This document shows positions 28,936 to 37,350 of a stretch of 64,000 nt of DNA, in pieces (the stretch's first letter is position 1; each line of letters opens with the position of its first letter). Position numbers and translations under genes: made by a program. Source of the DNA: Candidatus Levyibacteriota bacterium (GTDB taxonomy: Bacteria > Patescibacteriota > Microgenomatia > Levybacterales > UBA12049). The notes beneath the pieces are model-generated. The model was not told the origin of the DNA, did not search any database, and saw only the letters and a list, made by a program, of their open reading frames with translations. The stretch is taken from contig CAVRKE010000001.1 of NCBI GenBank assembly GCA_963722305.1, positions 76,312 through 140,311 on the forward strand. The letters are read 5' to 3'.

Positions 28936-29062
28936 ATTAATATTTACGGCCTAAAAATGGTTAGCTAACAGAGTACCACCCTATAAATAATATATCTGTT
29001 AAATTAAAATGGGTGGTACCCTATATCCCGAAAAAGAATGCTTTTTATAGAGAGGTTAACTA

Positions 29063-29665
29063 CTAATTACCACAATTCTTGAGGCCTTCTTCCATTTGAT
29101 TATGACAATCATTGTCACAGGATAACATGTTTGCCGTAGAAGCGTTGTAGCATTGCTCAACGGCACTCGAATTATATGTATTAGGATACATGGACGAATT
29201 ATAACCGTAAGTTGATTGGCAATTATTGCTATCAGTTTGAGCGTTTGCCACACAAAGATTGACACAAGCAGTTTGAGCTGCATTAACCCCGTTATTACAT
29301 ATTAAAATTGAACTATCTTTAGCGTATTGGGCAGTTCCTTGGGAATATTGCTGTAGAGTTTGTTGTAGGGGTGATTGAGCCGATGTAGATTTTCACCATG
29401 CGTTATTAAAATTATCACATTCCTGCTGAGTAACCTGTAAATGCTTACCATCTGGGCCAATACAATCAATAGTATTTGTAGCTGGCTGTTGATAGGTTTG
29501 TTGAGGCATTTGTGTGGGCGTGGGTGCTTCAGTTGAAGTATCGGGTTGGGCTAAAGTTGGTTGAGTTGCATTATTTCCCAGTACTCCTAGAATAATATTA
29601 CCACATAAAAAGGCAAGTATAATGAAAATACACATACCAAAAACGATAATTGCATTACGTGTCAA
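29063..29665 (-). pseudogene. Secreted Cys/Gln/Asn-rich protein gene interrupted by an in-frame TGA
   Basis: ORFs 29393-29665 (signal-anchor + TPT/Q-rich) and 29063-29251 (Cys-rich) are in the same frame, separated only by TGA (revcomp of 29393-29395). The intervening 141 nt reads through as KSTSAQSPYQQTLQQYSQGTAQYAKDSSILICNNGVNAAQTACVNLCV... Confidence 0.4.
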
Positions 29666-29723
29666 TTTGTTATTCCCCTCCGTTATCTTTTCTTCAGGTT
29701 TTAAATTCTTTTTCTTTTCATAT

Positions 29724-30038
29724 TTATTGCCCCCACCTATGTAGGCACTCTGTATAATCTTGATTTACTAAACGTTGATTATATGCAACTCTCTTGTCAG
29801 ATTCTTTTACGATTTTTTCTCTTGTTTGTTCTAAATTTGCAGGTAAACCATATGCAGAATAAATGCCTGCGTTATTCATGTTGTTAATAACGATTGTGGC
29901 CTCTTCGTCAGTGAGTGAAACATCAAGCTTGTGAGATTCATTTTCGCAATACATTTTTGCAATCGGGGGTCTAATAAAAATAAATCCGACTAAAATAACT
30001 ATTGCAATTATCAATATAACTCTCAATAGCTTATTCAT
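29724..30038 (-). CDS. Small membrane-anchored hypothetical protein
   Basis: N-terminal TM 'LLRVILIIAIVILVGFIFI'. First gene of a minus-strand small-protein operon. Confidence 0.4.
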   Translation of the reverse strand: MNKLLRVILIIAIVILVGFIFIRPPIAKMYCENESHKLDVSLTDEEATIVINNMNNAGIYSAYGLPANLEQTREKIVKESDKRVAYNQRLVNQDYTECLHRWGQ

Positions 30039-30463
30039 ACAAAAAGCTCTCCGCCAGCGATGACTTACGTCACCTGCTACCTTTCGGATAACAACCTTGT
30101 AGGATGCTCTGACGAAGAGCTTACTTCCTACAAGGGTTTTCTGCTATGCCAATTACTTGGTTTAGGCAATTAATGTTAGTATAGCATACTAAAATCCGTA
30201 AAATTACTTTCGCAGCTAATTAAATTGAGGCTATATAGTGTCTAATAATATTGAAAATAGAAATTTTAATAGTATAATTATTTTTAGAGACTTTATGTGA
30301 TGGGCAAAATCCGTAAGGTCTCTATTGTTTTGGAATAATGAAAAATCTCCTAAAAATATAACCTAGAGTAAATCAATTAGCCTCAAAACAATTTAAGGAT
30401 AGGGGATTTAGCCTCAAACGGACGTCGCAATATATACATTGTGCGACGCAATAAGATAAAATC

Positions 30464-30492
30464 TTGACATACAGTGTAAAAATTGGTATATT
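30464..30492 (+). promoter_or_regulatory. Near-consensus sigma70 promoter TTGACA-17-TATATT with no protein-coding gene downstream
   Basis: -35 at 30464-30469, -10 at 30487-30492. About 20 nt downstream is a weak hairpin (CC-UUCG-GG) plus T-run (30513-30540). Transcription would run antisense into the NYN remnant. Confidence 0.4.
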
Positions 30493-30602
30493 ACGAATAA
30501 TCTTTCGAAATTGGTGCCTTCGGGTGGCTTTTTCATTTTATAGAGTAGTGTTGGAATAAAGAAGTAAGATCTAATAGCTTAATGTCCTTATTGTTTAGCT
30601 CT

Positions 30603-31130
30603 TTAATCTAGTAGAAGTTCTGCAAATTTTTCTGGGCTTGGTGGATTAGTTAAAGGGGCATAAACTGTAACTTTTTTGAGTATTTTAGATGCAACGTATT
30701 CATATACACTTCCAAAATCTCCGTCTGAGAAAACTATTATCTCATCATATTTCTCTCGAATACTATGATTCATAATTTCTAAGGTCATATCCACGTCACA
30801 ATTTGCCTTAGATTTGAAACCTCGTTTTAGGTATTCTATAAACTGTTCCCACATTTTTTACATTTAACTTAAATTCTAGGGGCTTTTGATGATATATAGC
30901 AACTTCCTTCTGTTTTATTACATAACCTAATTTCTAGCTCTACGAATCTATCCTTCTTGACTGTGTCTCCTTTTGGTATGACAACAAAAATAAATATCCT
31001 TTTAGCTCCCAAAGTGTTTGTAAACCAAGAATAAGCTTTTTCATAGTTAAAATCCTTAAACGCGTAATCTCGAAAGAATTTCTTAAATTCTCTGCATCAA
31101 TGTATACAAATAATTTCATATTAATAATTT
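30603..31130 (-). pseudogene. NYN/LabA-like (DUF88) nuclease-domain gene broken by at least two frameshifts
   Basis: Three consecutive frames read MKLFVYIDAENLRNSF | DYAFKDFNYEKAYSWFTNTLGAKRIFIFVVIPKGDTVKKDRFVELEIRLCNKTEG... | MWEQFIEYLK...DVDMTLEIMNHS...IIVFSDGDFGSVYEYVASK. Together they form a typical NYN domain. Confidence 0.5.
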
Positions 31131-31278
31131 CTTTATTTCCAATTCAGGATAAATTTGGCTATCTATGTTGCAATTAGGTTAAGTAAAATTCCAATTAGAA
31201 CTGTTCCAAACAAAAAAACAATTAATTTACCAAGCAGATTTTTTGGGTAACTAATGTTTTAGAATGAAATTTAAAACT

Positions 31279-31476
31279 CTACATGTTTGCGAGTTTTATT
31301 AGAGAGCTCAAGTTGTTTAGTACAGTTTTATATGATTTGCTGCTTGAAGCTGTTTTTGTTGTATTGGTTTCAAGGATGCGTTTTGATATTGAGCTTTTTG
31401 AAGTATGTATATGAAGGTTAACTTTGAATAACTTCTTTCTAAGCTCTTCATCGCTTAGCTTTTCTAATTCATGAAT
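31279..31476 (-). pseudogene. PHP-domain (polymerase/histidinol-phosphatase) N-terminal remnant
   Basis: Open frame without a start codon: IHELEKLSDEELRKKLFKVNLHIHTSKSS... ('LHIHT' PHP signature). A short MIVNLQHS* lies in another frame upstream. Confidence 0.3.
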
Positions 31477-31812
31477 GCTGTAAATTCACGATCATCTATA
31501 AAACAATCTATTCCTTAATCTCTGTTATTGTTTCAATATTAGATTCTGTTATCTTGGTAGCTTTTTGGCCTCTTATTGGTAGTATTTTATAGTGCTTACT
31601 TTGTATCATAATTCGAAGATGTGTTTCATTTTCTGCTTCTATTCTACATTGCAAATCTTTCTTTAATTGTATTAAAAATGTTTTCACAGCAGAACAATTA
31701 TACATCAATATAAACATAGATTTGTATTTATTTTCTGCAGATGGTAGAATACTCTTCCTGTTGACATTATCTGCTCAAATAAGATATTCTATAATTAGTT
31801 AACGGTTTATAT

Positions 31813-32132
31813 ATGTCTGAATCAGCTTCTATAAAAGCAATTGAATTAGCAAGAAGAGTCTTTGAACACGTTCACGGAAATATTGGGTTATTGAAATTTA
31901 ACGTAGAAGAACTCACTCCTACGAATGGAACAGCCACGAAGAATCAAAAAAATGGGATATTGTCTGCAGTTTTTATGAAACCTTAGGGAATGTAGCACCA
32001 TCTAGATATAAAGTTTCTGTTGATTTAAATACAAATTCAGTAACATTTAAAAAAATTTCAGGTCTCTCTGAGGGCACAGTAAAAGATACTGGCTCTTTTA
32101 AAGTTGTAGAATCTAAGAAAGAACAAGTTTAA
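31813..32132 (+). pseudogene. Small hypothetical gene split by a frameshift at an A7 run
   Basis: MSESASIKAIELARRVFEHVHGNIGLLKFNVEELTPTNGTATKNQKNGIL... stops at 31986. Frame +1 continues WDIVCSFYETLGNVAPSRYKVSVDLNTNSVTFKKISGLSEGTVKDTGSFKVVESKKEQV* from the A7 tract at about 31949-31955. Confidence 0.3.
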
Positions 32133-32139
32133 GCATTAA

Positions 32140-32683
32140 ATGTTTTTGAATCTTCAAATTCACGACTACGACAAACACATTTTTCCATATATAAAAAATG
32201 GTATTCTAATCGACACAAGTGTGTTTAAAATTATTGTAGACGGAATAGTTACTTCTAGAATATCAAAAAGAAAAGCTTACGATTTTGAAGAGATTTTGGA
32301 ATTTTTAGAATCTTATTAAAATGAATAATAGATGGGGCAAGTTTTGCATTACTCCTCATATTCTAACAGAGGTTTGTAATCATATAAGAAATGACTATAA
32401 CAGATGGAATAACTATAAAGAAATAATAAGTGAAATAATTCCTATATTATCTCAAATGGAAGATGCAATTATTAAAAAAGATGATGTTCTTAAATTAATT
32501 GACTTTAGAAATCCGATTGTAGAAATTGGAGATTTATCAATTTTTGTAGTTGCAGATGATTTTATAAATAGAAATGAAAAAATTGCAATTTTAGCAAACG
32601 ACAGCGAGCTAAATAAAAAATATAAAGATAACAATAATATATTGTTGTTAAATTATAAAGCCAACATGCTTAATCTTATTTAA
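32140..32683 (+). pseudogene. PIN-domain-like nuclease gene split in two frames (59-aa N-terminal piece + 120-aa piece)
   Basis: 32140-32319: MFLNLQIHDYDKHIFPYIKNGILIDTSVFKII... ('ILIDTSVF' resembles a PIN N-terminus). 32321-32683 starts in another frame 1 nt later ('KFCITPHILTEV...FVVADD'). Could instead be two small genes. Confidence 0.3.
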
Positions 32684-32772
32684 AAATATTGCATCTTGAC
32701 CCTCAATCTTAAACAGTCTATATTTTATTCAGGTGTTTTTTGTAGGAAATGAAGCTAGAAACAAGGGATTAC

Positions 32773-32808
32773 TTGGATATTCCCGCATTCTTAAGAAACC
32801 GCAATTAG
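32773..32808 (+). repeat. Duplicate of ftsZ 3'-end codons (attR-like), within the 19-codon mini-ORF 32749-32808 [19 protein letters not shown]
   Basis: 30/36 nt identical to 26397-26432. 'DYLDIPAFLR' is the canonical FtsZ C-terminal tail. Confidence 0.6.
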
Positions 32809-32870
32809 AGAAATGGGATTTCGTTGAGGCTCAACCCGCGTTTTTGCGAAAATTAATTTGACTTCTTAGT

Positions 32871-33326
32871 TTACAACTTGGGAAAGAGGACACTCTTTGC
32901 GTATTTTTCATATTTTTCCCCGAATTCTTTTCTCATTCTTTTTTCCTCTTCGGGTCTATAAATCCTTGTGGCGATGTAAAGAATAAGTCCAAATATTGGC
33001 CCCAGTAAGTTTCCAAGCAACAATCCAAGTCCGGGAAGCACCAACAGAGAAACTCCGGTATACAAAGGATGTTTCATAAGAGCATAAGGACCTTTCGTGA
33101 TAAGTTGTTTTTTGGGGACTTTTATCAGTATCAATATTTGGGACCAGAGACAAACAATCAGACCTAAAATTAGAAGAAGCAGGCCGAAGAAGTGTAAAAG
33201 ATTAGACTTCGGAATACTAAGAAGGGAGGGGAAAATAAAATACAAAATAAAGCCAAAGATAACAAACAGCAAAAAGACAGGACCGATTTTGTTTCCGCTC
33301 CCGGTCAAAAGCTTCAGCATTTTCAC
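32871..33326 (-). CDS. Isoprenylcysteine carboxyl methyltransferase (ICMT)/phospholipid methyltransferase family membrane protein
   Basis: 'GPYALMKHPLYTGVSLLVLPGLGLL...YRPEEEKRMRKEFGEKYEKYAKSV' matches the ICMT/PEMT C-terminal signature. 4-5 TM. Confidence 0.7.
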   Translation of the reverse strand: MKMLKLLTGSGNKIGPVFLLFVIFGFILYFIFPSLLSIPKSNLLHFFGLLLLILGLIVCLWSQILILIKVPKKQLITKGPYALMKHPLYTGVSLLVLPGLGLLLGNLLGPIFGLILYIATRIYRPEEEKRMRKEFGEKYEKYAKSVLFPKL

Positions 33327-33486
33327 AAGCTTAGTATAGCAAAGCCCATAACTAATGCGTAAAGCATTTCGCTTCGCTCAAGATTAAGCTTTTAGTTAAA
33401 CCCGTTGTTTAGTTTGTAGCTCATTAGTCAAACTTCTAAATCTTTTAGATTCTTGACACTAACTCGTTTTAGTGTATCATTTGGTA

Positions 33487-34044
33487 ATGAACGCAAAAAC
33501 AATTGTCAGTCTTTTTTTTCTCTATCTAATATTTTTTATTCTCGGAACACTACTTTATTTATTAACATTCAGAACTTTTCTGTTTAGCGGAATCTCAATT
33601 TTATTTTACCGGGGGATAGTTTTACTATTTTTTAGCTGCTTGATAATGCTTATTGTTCTAGTCGTTTATAAAAGAAGCAAATTCGGGCAAATTTTTACGT
33701 ACAGAGATATTCTTCTTTCCCTAGTTTTAATATTTTCTTTTAACATGGTGCTTTTGACAATTATGCCGGTGACTATTGAGCGCTCTATTTCGGTTTTTAT
33801 GCTTGGCTACATGAATAAAAATTCCAAAGTTACTTTTACAGAGCCGCAGATGTCGGTAATTTTTGAAAAAAAATATGTCCATGATTATAAACAGATTCAA
33901 GCACGGTTAAATGAGCAGTCTTATTCGGGAACGATTGTGCAAAAAAATGGCCAATATCAAATCACTAACAGAGGAAAATTATTTGTAAGATTGTTTTCGA
34001 TTATTGCTTATTTATTCAATGTTAATCCGCAACTAATTAAATAA
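33487..34044 (+). CDS. Hypothetical polytopic membrane protein with C-terminal soluble domain
   Basis: The track ORF starts at 33472, but promoter TTGACA(33452)-16-TATCAT(33474-33479) overlaps it. ATG 33487 (MNAKTIVSLFF...) would be the first codon of a leaderless transcript. Confidence 0.4.
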   Translation: MNAKTIVSLFFLYLIFFILGTLLYLLTFRTFLFSGISILFYRGIVLLFFSCLIMLIVLVVYKRSKFGQIFTYRDILLSLVLIFSFNMVLLTIMPVTIERSISVFMLGYMNKNSKVTFTEPQMSVIFEKKYVHDYKQIQARLNEQSYSGTIVQKNGQYQITNRGKLFVRLFSIIAYLFNVNPQLIK

Positions 34045-34053
34045 ATTAACTAA

Positions 34054-35643
34054 TTATATTTGGGGTGCGCGCAATAAATCAATCAACAGATTATAAATTT
34101 TTCTGGGTAGACTTTCCGGTCTGGGAACTATTTCATTTGGGACCATTACCGCTTTGCTTAATAGTGGTGGGGGAATGATTTGGTCTTGTTTTTGTTTTAA
34201 AAAGAATAGGTAGGCTCTGCCTGGGGGGGAATCGAAAGTTTTATATTTGTAACGGTTGGCTAAAAAGTTGACATCAAAATTGTTAAGGTTGCATTGTATA
34301 CAGCTAAAAAGATAAAAATTGCCATTCTTAAAACTTTGAATGTTGTTTGGAATTTCAATTTTGGCGTTTTGATAAAACACATATTGCAGTAAGTCCTGGT
34401 CTATATAATTTCCGGGATTTAGATATAAAGTATCGTAAGGGATAAAATATTTACTGGCAGATTTTGCCAGATTGTAGCGAAACAAGTTGGAAACGTTTTG
34501 TTCCGTTTTCCAATTTTCTATCCAAACGGCAAAGATTATCGAAAAAACAATCATCGCAGCGAATACCAATTTAGAATTAATAATTTTTCCCAAAACTAGC
34601 GTTGTACTGGAAAGTGCGATAAAGGGGACTAAGAAATAGATCCAAAAAGGATGTCCAAATGACCCTTCGGGAAATAGCATAATATTAGTTGCTCCGCAAG
34701 CAAAAAAAGCAAAAATCAAAAGATCAATGTCTTCAAGTTTTCTGTGCAAAACTTTTCCAAGAAACTTGAAAATATAAACAGCGCTGATTATTAAAAAAAG
34801 AGGATTAAAATATACAATAAAGCGAACCAGTAGTACTAACATCCAACGAATTTGCCATAAAGGTAAAGTGAGAAGTAAAGCGCCGGTGCTTCTATTTAAA
34901 ATTGCAGCAACTAAATTACTAAAACTGCCAAGAATAAAGTATGAATAGATTAGAAACAGCAAAGCAGTCAAGGTAGATGTCGCTATAAGAGTAAATCCGA
35001 GCCGGCCTTTTTTGTTTTTTAAAAACAATGGAAGAAGAAAAGGGGTAAAATAGGTCATTTGCCAATCGGATAAGGTCCCCAAAATTACCGAGATTACAGA
35101 CAGATAAAAATACTTTCTATCCCCGGTCCTAATTGCCTTTAAACTAAAGTAGGCAGTTAAAACTATGAATAATAAGCTCCAAGGTTGGTTAAAGGTAACG
35201 ATTCCCAATACAATGGCGGCCGGAATTAAACTAGAGATAAGCAGGGTCATCATTCCAAACCTTTTATTTTTTAAGTTCTTGCCGATAAAAAACAAAACAG
35301 GCAGAATTAAAAAAGCGGGAATTATTTTTGAAATTCTTCCCACCCAAAAATCATTCCCCAGTATTTTGAAAAAGATACTCTCAATAATTACAGGAAGAGA
35401 AGGGTGGTGTAGATAAAAATCGGGGTTTTTGGGTAACTGCTTAGACAAAGTTAAATCGGGGGCAAATTTCAAATTCAAATAGCCAAAGTTGTTAAAATTT
35501 CTTGCTGCTAAAGAGAGGACATTATAGTCGGTCGCATTAGGTCCAACAGGAGGTAGATTTAGGTATCTTGTCAACAAAAACAGAGCGAATAAAAGCGGAA
35601 GTATTATAAAGATATATTCCTTAAATTTTTTCTGCACAGGCAT
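34054..35643 (-). CDS. Large polytopic membrane protein, GT-C-fold glycosyltransferase-like (ArnT/PMT family-like)
   Basis: About 11 TM N-terminal region, then a C-terminal roughly 130-aa soluble domain. Architecture typical of GT39/GT83 enzymes. No strict motif verified. Confidence 0.45.
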   Translation of the reverse strand: MPVQKKFKEYIFIILPLLFALFLLTRYLNLPPVGPNATDYNVLSLAARNFNNFGYLNLKFAPDLTLSKQLPKNPDFYLHHPSLPVIIESIFFKILGNDFWVGRISKIIPAFLILPVLFFIGKNLKNKRFGMMTLLISSLIPAAIVLGIVTFNQPWSLLFIVLTAYFSLKAIRTGDRKYFYLSVISVILGTLSDWQMTYFTPFLLPLFLKNKKGRLGFTLIATSTLTALLFLIYSYFILGSFSNLVAAILNRSTGALLLTLPLWQIRWMLVLLVRFIVYFNPLFLIISAVYIFKFLGKVLHRKLEDIDLLIFAFFACGATNIMLFPEGSFGHPFWIYFLVPFIALSSTTLVLGKIINSKLVFAAMIVFSIIFAVWIENWKTEQNVSNLFRYNLAKSASKYFIPYDTLYLNPGNYIDQDLLQYVFYQNAKIEIPNNIQSFKNGNFYLFSCIQCNLNNFDVNFLANRYKYKTFDSPPGRAYLFFLKQKQDQIIPPPLLSKAVMVPNEIVPRPESLPRKIYNLLIDLLRAPQI

Positions 35644-35782
35644 ATTTTAGCAGTTTGAATTAATTAAACCAAGCGGAGATGTCCTAGGTATTTCCTTTGT
35701 TCTCCGCGACCGAAACTAAACTGCCACAGATAACTAAGCCTGGGCCGTTGTAAAAATTAAATAATTAAACGATAATATTGGT

Positions 35783-37297
35783 ATGCTTTTGAGTGGAAAG
35801 AAACTATTCTACAGCTTAAGCGTTGTCTTTATTTCCTTCTGTGTTTACCTTTCTTCGTATTTTGTCTTGAACGGTGAAGTGCATTTGACCAACGACGTCG
35901 GAAGAGATTTTTTACTTTTACAGGAATTGGATTTAAAAAAAATTGTTTTGATTGGCGCAAGAGCCAATACGCAAAACGTCTTTCATGGGCCGCTGTGGAC
36001 GTATCTAAATTACCCAGCCTATTTAATTGGACACGGAAACCCGGTAATTGTTGCCTGGTTTTGGATTTTGTTGGGAATATTTTTTCTCGTAACGACATTT
36101 TTGCTAATGCGTAAAATATTAGATACGACTTCCGCGCTGCTGGCTTGTTGTCTCCTAGCGGTAGGTTTAATCAGCCGATCAAACGAGATATTTGGGCAGT
36201 TAGCGCCTTTTTATGTGATGCCGTTTTTCCTTCTGACAATGTTTTCGTATATTAAGAATAAAAAATTTATTTTTCTCGTGGTGCATTTTTTGGCTTTGGG
36301 AATGCTTATCCAATTCAATGTTGGGGTCGGTGGGCTTTTTGCGTTGCTGTCTTTAATTTTAAGCGTAGTAGTAATTTATAAAAATAAACAGTGGAAGCAT
36401 TTGCTGGTGCTGTTTGTTTTACCGATGACACTTATAAACTTTATCGTCTTCGACTTACGTCACCAGCTGAAAATGACTAAAGCCTTGTTAAGTATCGGCA
36501 CGTCTCACGCCTTCTTAACGTATAGCGAATGGGTGAGCGATAGAATTGGTAATTTAATTACGATGCAAATACGCTCAGCTAACGGAATTCTTATTCCTTT
36601 GATTATTTTTTTCTTGGTAATGTTCTTTACCTGGTTGGAAATAAAAAATAGCAGTAAACAAAAATTATTTTTTTTAATACTCATCTTCTATTATTTCGGT
36701 TACATGTTACTTAGTTTTTCCAACAAAGGTTTAATGCTAATTGATCACGTCTACCTGTTGGTGCCGTTGTCGGTAATGTGGCTAGCAGCGCTTGCAAAAG
36801 GAAAATATAAATATGTGTTCATCGCTCTTATATTAATACTGATTTTGGTAAATCTTGTTTATGCCGTTAATTATTTGGTTAAAGCTAAGGAACAGTTTAT
36901 CGGCAAATCGCCTGATTCGTGGGTGGCTTTAGAAACAGTGGCCAAGAGAGTGATTGCTGAGCAAAAAGGCCACGCATTTGGTTATTTTGTCTATTCACCA
37001 GATGCTTTTGCTTATCAACAGCGCTATGCCATGCTTTACGCCTTTTCCAGCGCTCGGGCAAAAAGTTTTGAATACGTAAAAAAGGATATAACTTATGTGA
37101 TTGCCGCTCCGCATCCGCAAAACAATCCCTACATGAACGAAGATTGGTGGATTAAAAATGCTGTCAGGATTTCTAATTCTCCCACAGAAAAGTTATTGTT
37201 CCCAAGCGGATATAAAATAGAAAAATTTAATTTGACAGCGGCTGAACAAAAAATTTCTTTCGACCAAAATATTGAGTTGAAACTAACTTTCAGGTAA
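35783..37297 (+). CDS. Large polytopic membrane protein, GT-C-like (paralogous architecture to 34054-35643)
   Basis: Divergently transcribed from the previous gene. About 11 TM plus a C-terminal soluble domain. Confidence 0.4.
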   Translation: MLLSGKKLFYSLSVVFISFCVYLSSYFVLNGEVHLTNDVGRDFLLLQELDLKKIVLIGARANTQNVFHGPLWTYLNYPAYLIGHGNPVIVAWFWILLGIFFLVTTFLLMRKILDTTSALLACCLLAVGLISRSNEIFGQLAPFYVMPFFLLTMFSYIKNKKFIFLVVHFLALGMLIQFNVGVGGLFALLSLILSVVVIYKNKQWKHLLVLFVLPMTLINFIVFDLRHQLKMTKALLSIGTSHAFLTYSEWVSDRIGNLITMQIRSANGILIPLIIFFLVMFFTWLEIKNSSKQKLFFLILIFYYFGYMLLSFSNKGLMLIDHVYLLVPLSVMWLAALAKGKYKYVFIALILILILVNLVYAVNYLVKAKEQFIGKSPDSWVALETVAKRVIAEQKGHAFGYFVYSPDAFAYQQRYAMLYAFSSARAKSFEYVKKDITYVIAAPHPQNNPYMNEDWWIKNAVRISNSPTEKLLFPSGYKIEKFNLTAAEQKISFDQNIELKLTFR

Positions 37298-37350
37298 TCT
37301 AACTGACTCAATTTTTTAGCTCTTACTTTTCTTGTTATAATACTGATAAT

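Larger units (their letters stand above)
26397..32808. mobile_element. Degenerate integrative element (about 6.4 kb) inserted in the 3' end of ftsZ. Bounded by imperfect 36-bp direct repeats, both encoding the FtsZ C-terminal peptide.
   Basis: Copy 1 (26397-26432) TGGGATATCCCCGCATTCCTCAGAAACAGGAACTAG is the ftsZ end. Copy 2 (32773-32808) TTGGATATTCCCGCATTCTTAAGAAACCGCAATTAG has 30/36 identity, and every difference is synonymous (both = [10 protein letters not shown]). A tyrosine integrase lies 110 bp after copy 1. The interior is AT-rich and carries small ORFs, iterons and gene remnants. Confidence 0.6.

Noticed and set aside
29393-29395. Alternative genetic code (TGA=Gly, code 25) for the whole genome
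   Set aside because: Long housekeeping ORFs (ftsZ, murC, ileS, etc.) are intact under the standard code, and TGA terminates genes such as the first GT4 (1460-1462). So recoding, if any, would be confined to the acquired gene.
31508-31717. 69-aa minus-strand ORF in the element
   Set aside because: It has no recognisable motif and no upstream signals. It lies in a zone dominated by gene remnants, so it was not called.
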